Virus record (IMG/VR): IMGVR_UViG_3300010355_001052
DNA length: 64,000 nucleotides
DNA from: an uncultured virus (IMG/VR IMGVR_UViG_3300010355_001052)
Lineage: Duplodnaviria > Heunggongvirae > Uroviricota > Caudoviricetes
Strand: one strand, 5' to 3'
The notes below the pieces were generated by a model. It was not told the origin of the DNA. It saw nothing but the letters and a program-made list of their open reading frames with translations, and made no database searches. Position numbers and translations under genes: made by a program. This document shows positions 8,657 through 17,151 of the stretch, one piece after another. Position 1 is the first letter of the stretch; every line of letters starts with the position of its first letter.

Positions 8657-8974
8657 ATGACACAGATATTATGCCCAGTATGTACTAAACTGGAAAATGA
8701 AATCAATAATGATTCTTCAGAAATCATATGGTCTAAAAATCTTTGTGAAAACTGTCAGGACATGAAATCCAGAGGTTTTATTTTTATTGGCGCTGTAGAA
8801 GACAAGACTGAAGATGCTACTAATCCTTACAGATCAGGTAATGTTTGGTGTGTTGAGCAAGAGGTAGCAGAACAAGTTTTTGCACCACACGGTGCTCCAG
8901 CATCCGGAATAGCATTCATTGATGTAAAAGTTGCTGATGCTATGAAGCTACCTGGAGTTAATTTAAACGCTTAA
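8657..8974 (+). CDS. hypothetical zinc-ribbon protein
   Basis: CPVC and CENC. Confidence 0.65.
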   Translation: MTQILCPVCTKLENEINNDSSEIIWSKNLCENCQDMKSRGFIFIGAVEDKTEDATNPYRSGNVWCVEQEVAEQVFAPHGAPASGIAFIDVKVADAMKLPGVNLNA

Positions 8975-8976
8975 AA

Positions 8977-9702
8977 ATGAAAGACACAAAAAATATCATT
9001 AAAGAAACTAAAGATTATAGTTTATTTCAGGTCTATGATTTTAATAGACCTATTAATCAAGGTTTGGTTAAACGTATTATGGATTCTATTCAGAAAATAG
9101 GATTTATTTCAAGTAAACCAATACTCGTTGATAAGGAATTTAAAATCCTGGATGGTCAACATAGATTCACCGCATGTAAAAATCTCAAATTACCTATTTA
9201 TTATTCAGTAATTGGAGGTGATGCACATGAGATTGTGACAAATCTTAATGCCCAACAAGTTAATTGGACCATGAAAGATTATATTCATGCATGGTCTGAA
9301 AAGAATGTAAGATGTTATAAGCAATTGGAAGAGTTTGAAGATAAATATAAACTAGGTATTACAAACAGTTTGTATATTTTCTTTACTTCTAACCAAGATA
9401 ATTATGACATCAAAAGAATTAAAGAAGGAAAAATCTATAACATTAATCAAAAAGCTAAAGAAATAGCTAATTTTATAGAGTTTTGTCAATCTAGCGGTTG
9501 CCCATATTACCGTAGTTCTTTATTCGTTAAAGCTGTAGTTAGATTATTTAAGGTGATTAATGATGATCAGTTAACAAAATTGAAAAAATACATCATCTCA
9601 TTACCACAACAACCTACAGCATCTGCCTATTTAACATCTTTTGAAAATTTAGTAAACAGAGGAGTGACCTCTAAAAACAGAGTTTCATTTAAAACAAATT
9701 AA
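8977..9702 (+). CDS. ParB/Srx N-terminal domain protein
   Basis: PILVD and ILDGQHRFTAC motifs. Confidence 0.75.
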   Translation: MKDTKNIIKETKDYSLFQVYDFNRPINQGLVKRIMDSIQKIGFISSKPILVDKEFKILDGQHRFTACKNLKLPIYYSVIGGDAHEIVTNLNAQQVNWTMKDYIHAWSEKNVRCYKQLEEFEDKYKLGITNSLYIFFTSNQDNYDIKRIKEGKIYNINQKAKEIANFIEFCQSSGCPYYRSSLFVKAVVRLFKVINDDQLTKLKKYIISLPQQPTASAYLTSFENLVNRGVTSKNRVSFKTN

Positions 9703-9703
9703 T

Positions 9704-10792
9704 ATGATAAGCAAAGATGAGATCCAAGACCAATGTCTTGAAGTAGTACTACCTCTGAGAAGATGTGGTGCAGCCTTAAGCATGGGAGTTGGTAAAACAC
9801 TCATTGGCTTAAGACATATGGATGAAAATTACAATGATTATTCAAAGTTTTTAGTAGTGGCTCCTAAAATATCAGTTCTTAATGAATGGACAGATCAAGC
9901 TATTAAGCATGATCTACCTCATCTGGTACCTCATATTACTAAAACAACCTATTTATCTTTACCTAAGCAGTCTCTTGATTATGATGTAGTGTATTTGGAT
10001 GAATGTCATTCATTAACACCAGCTCATTTAGTATGGTTATCTGAATTTAAAGGTAAAATATTAGGTTTAACCGGTACACCGCCTAAGAATAAAACTTCAC
10101 CAAAAGCTATTCTTGTTTCTCAGTTTTGTCCAATTGTATTTAATTACAAAACAGATAAAGCTATTAAAGACAAGATTCTTAATGATTATAGTATTATTGT
10201 TCATCTATTAAAAATGGATGTAGCTCAGACTATGAAAGTTGAGAATAATGGTAAGGTTTGGTTTACATCTGAAGCCGCGACTTATAAGTACTGGTCTGGA
10301 AGATTAGACAATGCTAATCCTGGTAAGGATAGACAAATTATGGCTGTAATGAGAATGAAAGCCTTAATGACTTTTCCTAGTAAAGAAAGATTAGCTAAAG
10401 AGATCTTAAATGAAGCAGAGGATAAAATAATCCTATTTGCTAATACTCAAGAGCAAGCTGATAGTTTCGGTATTCTTAGTTATCATAGTAATAATCCAAA
10501 ATCAGAAGAAAATCTGAATTTGTTTAAAGCTGGAAAAATTAAGAAACTATCTTGTGTACTACAATTAAGTGAAGGAGTTAATATTCCAAATCTTAAAGAA
10601 GGTATAATTATGCATTCTTATGGTAATGAGCGTAAAAGTCAACAAAGAATTGGTAGACTTTTAAGGCTTAATCCGGAAGAAGAATCCTTAATTCATATAC
10701 TGTGTTATAAAGATACTGTAGATGAATTCTGGGTAAAAGCAGCAATTGAAGGGTTGGATCAATCTAAGGTTACATGGCAAGATGAATATTAG
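9704..10792 (+). CDS. superfamily 2 (DExH) helicase
   Basis: MGVGKT, DECH, LTGT and QRIGR motifs. Confidence 0.9.
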   Translation: MISKDEIQDQCLEVVLPLRRCGAALSMGVGKTLIGLRHMDENYNDYSKFLVVAPKISVLNEWTDQAIKHDLPHLVPHITKTTYLSLPKQSLDYDVVYLDECHSLTPAHLVWLSEFKGKILGLTGTPPKNKTSPKAILVSQFCPIVFNYKTDKAIKDKILNDYSIIVHLLKMDVAQTMKVENNGKVWFTSEAATYKYWSGRLDNANPGKDRQIMAVMRMKALMTFPSKERLAKEILNEAEDKIILFANTQEQADSFGILSYHSNNPKSEENLNLFKAGKIKKLSCVLQLSEGVNIPNLKEGIIMHSYGNERKSQQRIGRLLRLNPEEESLIHILCYKDTVDEFWVKAAIEGLDQSKVTWQDEY

Positions 10793-10814
10793 TATCTTAG
10801 CATAAAAACATAGT

Positions 10815-11126
10815 ATGATACAATCAGAAAAATACCAAGAATACGAATTAATGACTAATTCAGATCTGAGGACCATTAAAGTAGACATACCTAATGGTCC
10901 TCAGTTGAATTGTCATAACAGTTGGGATTATAAAACTAATCTCAAAGAAACCACTTTTAAAACTAAATCAGACATAACTCATCTTGATCACTCTTTACTT
11001 AAAGTTATTCCACTAGATCTAAATCCGGTAAGTAATATTAAAGTATGGATCATTAAGATTTTAAGACAACCTGAAAGTAATTTGAAAAATGATCAACATA
11101 CAAATCAACCCAGAAGAAATATGTGA
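10815..11126 (+). CDS. hypothetical protein
   Basis: 103-aa ORF. Confidence 0.5.
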   Translation: MIQSEKYQEYELMTNSDLRTIKVDIPNGPQLNCHNSWDYKTNLKETTFKTKSDITHLDHSLLKVIPLDLNPVSNIKVWIIKILRQPESNLKNDQHTNQPRRNM

Positions 11127-11244
11127 TAAAAGTAAACATCCACTTAAAATTCACCAATATAAAATTATTCCTAGAACAGGAATGATTAATGGGGTACCAG
11201 TATGGAAGTGTAAATACTGTAATAAAAAAATTATATCAATGTAA
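11089..11244 (+). CDS. small hypothetical protein with CxxC (not in the ORF track)
   Basis: 51 aa, MINIQINPEEIC...WKCKYCNKKIISM; fills the gap before the ATG at 11246. Confidence 0.45.
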   Translation: MINIQINPEEICDKSKHPLKIHQYKIIPRTGMINGVPVWKCKYCNKKIISM

Positions 11245-11245
11245 T

Positions 11246-11533
11246 ATGGCAACAACCGCACTTGTAATTATTGAAGAAGGTATTGAACAAAGAATATTAT
11301 TTATGACTGTTCCTACAGAAAAAGGTGTTGATGTAGATCTGTTTCTAGCAGATGAAAACTTCATACCTGTTGGTACACCTTCATTAGGTGTAGATGTCAA
11401 ATTTGAAGAGGACTATCATAGACAACTTAGAGCAATTTCTTCTGATAAAGGTCACTTTGTGGCTGAATACTCTACTAATCCGGAATGGAATCCTGATTAT
11501 AAACCTGAAGAAAATGAAACAGAATCCATTTGA
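11246..11533 (+). CDS. hypothetical protein
   Basis: in-frame ATG at 11246 within ORF 11189-11533. Confidence 0.6.
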   Translation: MATTALVIIEEGIEQRILFMTVPTEKGVDVDLFLADENFIPVGTPSLGVDVKFEEDYHRQLRAISSDKGHFVAEYSTNPEWNPDYKPEENETESI

Positions 11534-11789
11534 AGTCATTTGTATAAATGATCAAAACCGTCCAGATGGTATACCTACTTCTAAGTGGATAAAAAAGGGT
11601 AATCCTTATACTGTTGTAGAAGTAGCTAAGCTTATTGTCCAAGGTGGTATAATAGGTTTTAAACTAGCAGAAATTGATCTGAGTGATTGTGCTCCTTACC
11701 AATTTTTTGATAGCAGTAGATTTGCATTACCTACAACAGCTCCTGAACTTAAAGAAAAAGTTTCAGAAAAATTAGAACTTGTAGAATGA
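11514..11789 (+). CDS. hypothetical protein
   Basis: in-frame ATG at 11514 (MKQNPFEVICIND). Confidence 0.6.
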   Translation: MKQNPFEVICINDQNRPDGIPTSKWIKKGNPYTVVEVAKLIVQGGIIGFKLAEIDLSDCAPYQFFDSSRFALPTTAPELKEKVSEKLELVE

Positions 11790-12295
11790 TACAAATTACT
11801 AAAACTGAGCCTCCTATTGAATATGAGGAAGATAAAATGGGTCTTAGAGAGGCCCGTTTTGCATTATATCCTGTGATGGGTATCCATACTGAAGAACAAG
11901 CATTAAGTGCTATGAAATGGTTACGTAGTATATCAAAAAATGCAACTGTTCAGATAAGATGGTTAGGTAAACCATATTTAAATGATTTACCTGAAAAAAT
12001 ACCAGATAGTGCTATCATAGCAAATCTAAGAGAAGAAATCGGCAAACAAGAGTCTTATATTGAAGAACTTGAAGTTAAAATTAAAGCATTAACACATCAA
12101 AGTAAATTAGAAAATAGTCAAGAAACTAAAAAACTAAAAAAAGAATTACTCAAAGATGAACAAGTAGCACATTATAAATCTCTTTATGAAAAAAAGGTAA
12201 AAGAAGTAACCAAATTAAGACAAGACATTTCTAGTCTTATTACAAAATTACACCAAGGAAAAATTCCAGTGGTAAACAATCTAGAAAAACCATAA
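11786..12295 (+). CDS. hypothetical coiled-coil protein
   Basis: 169 aa; ATGA overlap. Confidence 0.65.
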   Translation: MIQITKTEPPIEYEEDKMGLREARFALYPVMGIHTEEQALSAMKWLRSISKNATVQIRWLGKPYLNDLPEKIPDSAIIANLREEIGKQESYIEELEVKIKALTHQSKLENSQETKKLKKELLKDEQVAHYKSLYEKKVKEVTKLRQDISSLITKLHQGKIPVVNNLEKP

Positions 12296-12297
12296 GT

Positions 12298-12528
12298 ATG
12301 GTAGTTAAGATACAACAAAGTCTAAATTCATCAGACAATATAAAATATGTCCTTATCTATAATAAAGATAAAAGTATTTTTATTCAGCTAAATGCTGTAG
12401 ATGATCATGAAGTAGTGAAACCTATTTTAATTGCACTTGAAAGTAGAGCTAAAGCATATTTTGAAGTTGATCTAGATGATAACTCAAATCTTAAATTAAT
12501 CGAAGAGGTATCTTCACAACCTTGGTAA
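12298..12528 (+). CDS. hypothetical protein
   Basis: 76-aa ORF. Confidence 0.6.
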   Translation: MVVKIQQSLNSSDNIKYVLIYNKDKSIFIQLNAVDDHEVVKPILIALESRAKAYFEVDLDDNSNLKLIEEVSSQPW

Positions 12529-12566
12529 ATTCCAAGTAACAATAAATATAAACCAACAAATATCAA

Positions 12567-13730
12567 ATGAACATGAATACAACAAATGAATCTTTATCAC
12601 AGTCAACTATTGATACACCAGTATCTCCATCACCTGCTGGTTCTTCTATTTCCGGTTCTTCTATTTCTGATGCAGTAATTGTTGAGGAACAAGCAAAAGA
12701 AGAAGACCCTAATCTTGGAGAAATGGGTAATGAAAGAAAAGCCACAGAAGGCTATGTTTACATGGATCGCGTTAAGGACATCCTTGATGTTTCTATGAAA
12801 ACAGGAAAAAATGTTATTCTTTACGGTCCAGGTGGATATGGTAAATCAGAATTTACTCTTGATTTCTTGAGAGAAGCTGGTATTGAACCATATGTTATCA
12901 CTATGGGTACTGGTATGACTACAGACCGTATGTTTGGTGGTTTAAATATTCCTACCTTTAATACAACAGGTAAGATTGAGTATCTTATTGAAAACTCATT
13001 CATGCACCATGAATTTGTGATCTTTGAGGAGTTATTTGATGCTCCTGACTTTATCCTTGAGCAATTAAAGGATATCTTAAGCTCAGGTGTATTCAGAAAT
13101 GGTACTCAGATCTTTGAGATCAAAACTAAACTGATCATTTGCTGCACCAATAAAACGCGTGAGGAATTCTCTAAGAATAACTCATTAAAAGCGTTGATGG
13201 AGCGTTTTCCACTTGAAGCAAAAGTAGATTGGAAAGATCATAACAAAATCTCATATGAGAATTTGTTTAAAGTGAAGTTGGGACATGCTGATCCAATGTT
13301 GTCTTATATCCTGGAGCAATATGCTGTAGGTGGTATTAAAATCAGTCCAAGGATTGCTCTTGCTGCTCATGAAGTTCTTGATCAGTGTGGTCCGGAAGCT
13401 TTGATGCATATTGCGGATCTGAACACTAAGCCAGAGATCCTGAAATCTGCAATTGCTAAGTTCAACAGCTTAATTGAAGTTACAAAATTGGCTAATGAAA
13501 TGGCTGAGTATGCAATGAAAATTAACCTGTGTCCACTTGACACAATGGAAAGTGTTAAAGAAGCAAGTGCACTTAACAAAGACTTGTTCAATTGTATCAC
13601 TAAAATGAAAGCAATTAAAGCTGATGATTCAATTGTTGCTACAACAGCTGAAGCTATCAAGACTTATTCTGGTATTTATGAAAATATCAAGAAAAAACTT
13701 GCAATCATTATGACTATTGACAATGAGTAA
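12567..13730 (+). CDS. MoxR/RavA-like AAA+ ATPase
   Basis: GPGGYGKS; Walker B variant IFEELFDAP; sensor CTN; ALMERF arginine finger. Confidence 0.85.
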   Translation: MNMNTTNESLSQSTIDTPVSPSPAGSSISGSSISDAVIVEEQAKEEDPNLGEMGNERKATEGYVYMDRVKDILDVSMKTGKNVILYGPGGYGKSEFTLDFLREAGIEPYVITMGTGMTTDRMFGGLNIPTFNTTGKIEYLIENSFMHHEFVIFEELFDAPDFILEQLKDILSSGVFRNGTQIFEIKTKLIICCTNKTREEFSKNNSLKALMERFPLEAKVDWKDHNKISYENLFKVKLGHADPMLSYILEQYAVGGIKISPRIALAAHEVLDQCGPEALMHIADLNTKPEILKSAIAKFNSLIEVTKLANEMAEYAMKINLCPLDTMESVKEASALNKDLFNCITKMKAIKADDSIVATTAEAIKTYSGIYENIKKKLAIIMTIDNE

Positions 13731-15129
13731 ATATAGCTATGGTCGCGGCGCAGGCTTCAACTATGGTGGTCGTAGTAAATATGATTACGATGATGACTAC
13801 TATGGTGGAGGCTACAAATCTAAATACGGTAATTCGTATTCTAGTGGATGGAGCTGGGGTAATTTTGGTAGCAGTTTCTCTTATGCTGAAGAAGATGATG
13901 ATGATGATCTCTACATCAAAAATCATGAGAGTTATTTTACACCAAAAAACTCTGTAATCTCAGATAAACTTAAACATTCTGAGAATACAAAACACAACCG
14001 CCAGCTCATAAAAGAGATGTCCCGGTATTTTTTCTACAATATGATGGCTGATAAAGAATATTTTGATGAAAAATATGCTGATCACACCAAACTTACTGAA
14101 GATGAAATAGCACAGTTTGAACAGAAAAAATCATTTTATGATGATCTCTGGGATAAATTTGTACCTGGGTTAACACCTCTTGATAAAGCATTGGCAATAT
14201 TTGCCAAGCTTGTTGAGGAAAAGAAAGATCAAACAGGACAAGCAAAAGGTGATGTAGATGAAACTCAATTGGATGTGAATGAAATTCAATTCCATGAAGA
14301 GATCTACAATGATCCTGTATTTAATGAGTTACTTGATTCAAATCATTTCTCTAAGCAACATAAAATGGACATTCTGAACAAGATTAGTCTAATAAAGAAC
14401 CTTGGATCTCAGTTTAAAATTGAGAAAGAAATTGAAGAGAAAATAGTAGCCAATTCTCAGATTATCACTAAGAAAATCATGCGTGATTATTCTCAACTTG
14501 GTAATATTGATCTTTATCAGAAACTAATGCCAACATTTAACTTAAAGCTCCTTACTAAGGATCTTATTGTTAATGTACCGGTAGATAGAACTGAGCACAA
14601 ACAAAAGATTATTATTCTAGTAGATTATAGTGGTTCAATGCATGAAAAAGAGAAGCAAGAATGGGTAGTTGCTCTTATGGTAGACAGATTGAGATATGTT
14701 ATTAAAGAAGAAGCTGAAGTTTTCTTTAGTTATTTCATTAATGATATCTCTCAAATGAAATTTCATCATCTTTATAACAGAAAAACTGTTATGGATTTTT
14801 GGATGCAATTCTCTACTGAACCAAATGGAGGAGATACAAGATTAGGTGTTATGGTTAACCATATCAAAGAATCTATATCTAAAAAACAATTACACAATCT
14901 TAATGTGGATCTTAGTGAAGAGATGCCAGAAATATTAGCTATTAATGATGGTCAGGACAGTGTAAAAACTAATCAGTTTGTTTATAAAACAAATGCAATT
15001 AGTGTTATGGATGGTCCTAATAAAGATCTGAAAAAGCTATGTGTTGCCAATGACGGTAAATATGTTTACGTTAGTGGTAAAGAAGCTAAAACTTGGTCTA
15101 AAGCCGGGGAACAACTTCTGAAAATATAA
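13723..15129 (+). CDS. VWA-domain protein, partner of the upstream AAA+ ATPase
   Basis: MIDAS DYSGSM, GGDT, NDG; G/Y/S-rich N-terminal tail. Confidence 0.85.
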   Translation: MSKYSYGRGAGFNYGGRSKYDYDDDYYGGGYKSKYGNSYSSGWSWGNFGSSFSYAEEDDDDDLYIKNHESYFTPKNSVISDKLKHSENTKHNRQLIKEMSRYFFYNMMADKEYFDEKYADHTKLTEDEIAQFEQKKSFYDDLWDKFVPGLTPLDKALAIFAKLVEEKKDQTGQAKGDVDETQLDVNEIQFHEEIYNDPVFNELLDSNHFSKQHKMDILNKISLIKNLGSQFKIEKEIEEKIVANSQIITKKIMRDYSQLGNIDLYQKLMPTFNLKLLTKDLIVNVPVDRTEHKQKIIILVDYSGSMHEKEKQEWVVALMVDRLRYVIKEEAEVFFSYFINDISQMKFHHLYNRKTVMDFWMQFSTEPNGGDTRLGVMVNHIKESISKKQLHNLNVDLSEEMPEILAINDGQDSVKTNQFVYKTNAISVMDGPNKDLKKLCVANDGKYVYVSGKEAKTWSKAGEQLLKI

Positions 15130-15137
15130 GAATATAT

Positions 15138-15223
15138 CCCTGTACGGTTAAATAATATTTGTGGGTTTATGATATTTCAAATATCTGATAACAATAACAA
15201 GTTGATAATACGACAGGGGCCCA
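15138..15223 (+). ncRNA. putative structured RNA sharing a module with the downstream tRNA-like RNA
   Basis: closing stem CCCTGT-CG/CG-ACAGGG; inner TTAT-GATAT/ATATC-TG-ATAAC; CCA shortly after the stem. Confidence 0.45.
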
Positions 15224-15228
15224 TTGAG

Positions 15229-15262
15229 CAGCTCTCTTAGGAAACTAGGAGAGCTGTTTTTT
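15229..15262 (+). terminator. intrinsic terminator
   Basis: CAGCTCTCTTAG-GAAA-CTAGGAGAGCTG plus T6. Confidence 0.8.
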
Positions 15263-15267
15263 ATTAA

Positions 15268-15374
15268 GGAGGTTGTAGTTCAAAGGTAGAATACTATGCT
15301 TGGGATTATGGTTTTTATAACCTGATAACGAAAAGACAACATAGAGATTAGTGGTTCGAGTCCATGAACCTTCA
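15268..15374 (+). tRNA. tRNA-like RNA (possibly Pro-TGG) with a 41-nt anticodon loop
   Basis: acceptor GGAGGTT/AACCTTC; D arm GTTC-AAAGGTA-GAAT; anticodon stem CTATG/CATAG; T arm GTGG-TTCGAGT-CCAT; loop begins CT-TGG-GA. Confidence 0.6.
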
Positions 15375-15399
15375 CAATTATTAATTAATTTAAAAATGT

Positions 15400-15939
15400 A
15401 TGAATAAATTATTTGTAGGATTAATACTTTTTCTATTTTACTTAGGTGCTCTGATTATGATGAGCTTCCAAAAAGAAGAATCAGTTCCTGTAATAGGTGA
15501 CTGGAAATATTCTTTTATTATTCCAGTAGATACAAGTTATGTTTCTACTACAATGACTTATTACCCAACATTTGATCAGTGTGATTCTACTCCATGGAGT
15601 ACAGCTGATCACTCTAAAATTGACCCGGTAAAACTCCGGAAAAAAGAAATTAAATGGCTAGCATTATCTCGTGATCTTATATGGGATGAAGAAAGACAAA
15701 AACTTTATAAAGATACTACTCATTGGAGGGGTCCTTATCCATTTGGATCAGTTCTTTATCTTAAAAGTTCCAGTAAACCCTGGATAAATGGTCATTGGAC
15801 TGTACATGATTGTAAAGGTCCAAGTTATGAAAACAGTATTGACTTACTTGTGGATCCAAGAAACAACAAACCAAAGTTAGGTATCTGTAGAGACATAATG
15901 GTCATTGGATATCAACTTAGAAAAAAACTAAACTTATGA
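15400..15939 (+). CDS. membrane-anchored 3D/RlpA-like double-psi-barrel protein (putative peptidoglycan lytic enzyme)
   Basis: N-terminal TM; TYY, QCD, STAD, ALSRDL, VHD and IDL pattern. Confidence 0.6.
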   Translation: MNKLFVGLILFLFYLGALIMMSFQKEESVPVIGDWKYSFIIPVDTSYVSTTMTYYPTFDQCDSTPWSTADHSKIDPVKLRKKEIKWLALSRDLIWDEERQKLYKDTTHWRGPYPFGSVLYLKSSSKPWINGHWTVHDCKGPSYENSIDLLVDPRNNKPKLGICRDIMVIGYQLRKKLNL

Positions 15940-16340
15940 AAAGACTATTTTTAGATGATCACAGAGTTCCTCCTGATTGTGCCCAATACATGTACTCAAG
16001 AGGTGTTAATTGTACAGTTTACCATGAAGAATGGGTAATAGTAAGATCATATGGTCAGTTTATTAAGTGGATTGAAGAAAATGGTCTACCTGATCTTATA
16101 GCATTTGATCATGATCTTGCAGATGTTCCTGAACTTAAGGAAACACTTCCTTTAGAGGAGTGGTTTGATCTAGAAAATTCTAGAGAATATACAGGTATGG
16201 ATTGTGCTAGATGGTTAGCTAATTATTGTTCTCAAAAAGGACTAAAATTACCAGAATATTCAGTACATTCAATGAATCCACAAGGTTATCTAGATATCAA
16301 GGATTACTTGAAAAATGTTAAGAAACACCTTAATTTATAA
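15936..16340 (+). CDS. cyclic-phosphate-processing receiver-like domain protein
   Basis: LFLDDHR, FDHDL, TGMDCARWL and HSMNPQG motifs. Confidence 0.75.
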   Translation: MKRLFLDDHRVPPDCAQYMYSRGVNCTVYHEEWVIVRSYGQFIKWIEENGLPDLIAFDHDLADVPELKETLPLEEWFDLENSREYTGMDCARWLANYCSQKGLKLPEYSVHSMNPQGYLDIKDYLKNVKKHLNL

Positions 16341-16358
16341 ATATTAAATTTAAGTACA

Positions 16359-16754
16359 ATGGCAGAGTATGATTACCCAGGATCTTCACCAGGTCAAGGT
16401 TATTTTGGAGATGATCTTATAGATAAGTTTAAACAGCAACGAGAAATACAGAAACTAATGGCACAACCAACTAATCCATTTTATACTTCAACAGAAAGAC
16501 CTTTTCCTTCAACAACAAAAGTAGTGATTGATGGATATCCTTTTGAAATAAGTAGTGGTAAAACATTTGATGAAGAAATTAAAGTTGTGATAAGAAAATG
16601 TACCGCTGCTAGATTGCTTGATATTCATAGCAGTAAAAAAGTGTCTAGTGCACAAAAAATAAATTTAAGAGAAATGATTTTTTCAAATGATTTGGAAAAT
16701 CTAACTCTGGCAGAACAAACTATTTATTCTTTATTTGATCAAGATGAGCAATAA
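16359..16754 (+). CDS. hypothetical protein with C-terminal S-x-D-x-E-N motif
   Basis: 131 aa; LREMIFSNDLENLTLA. Confidence 0.6.
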   Translation: MAEYDYPGSSPGQGYFGDDLIDKFKQQREIQKLMAQPTNPFYTSTERPFPSTTKVVIDGYPFEISSGKTFDEEIKVVIRKCTAARLLDIHSSKKVSSAQKINLREMIFSNDLENLTLAEQTIYSLFDQDEQ

Positions 16755-17148
16755 AAAAAACATATACCACGGTCAGTTTGCTAAAAATGAAAAAGGAAGA
16801 TTAATACCACTACCTAGTAGTGATATTAAATTCAAAGAGTTTGTCAAAAACTTAGGTGAAGGACAAACTGTTGAAATATTTATGGAATCTAATTTGGACA
16901 ATAAAACTGTTCCACAATTAGCTAAAGTCCATGTGTGTATCCGAGAACTAGCCAAAGAAACTGGTTATAGTTTTGAAGATATGAAACTTGAAATCAAAAG
17001 AAGAGCTGGATTATGTGTCAGAAAAAATCTTAATGGAGATTCTTTCATGGTGTGCAAATCATTTAGCGACTGTTCTAGTGATGAATTAAGTCTTGCTATT
17101 ACAGCAATTATTGAAGTTGGTGAAACAGTAAATATTAATTTCAATTAA
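16744..17148 (+). CDS. NinB-like protein (tentative)
   Basis: QLAKVH...IRELAKETGYSFEDMK...KSFSDCS pattern; ATG at 16744. Confidence 0.45.
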   Translation: MSNKKNIYHGQFAKNEKGRLIPLPSSDIKFKEFVKNLGEGQTVEIFMESNLDNKTVPQLAKVHVCIRELAKETGYSFEDMKLEIKRRAGLCVRKNLNGDSFMVCKSFSDCSSDELSLAITAIIEVGETVNINFN

Positions 17149-17151
17149 ATT

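Noticed and set aside
15322..15333. Hammerhead core (CTGATAA-C-GAAA) in the tRNA insert
   Set aside because: Deviates from CUGANGA, has no stem II and no compatible stem III or cleavage triplet
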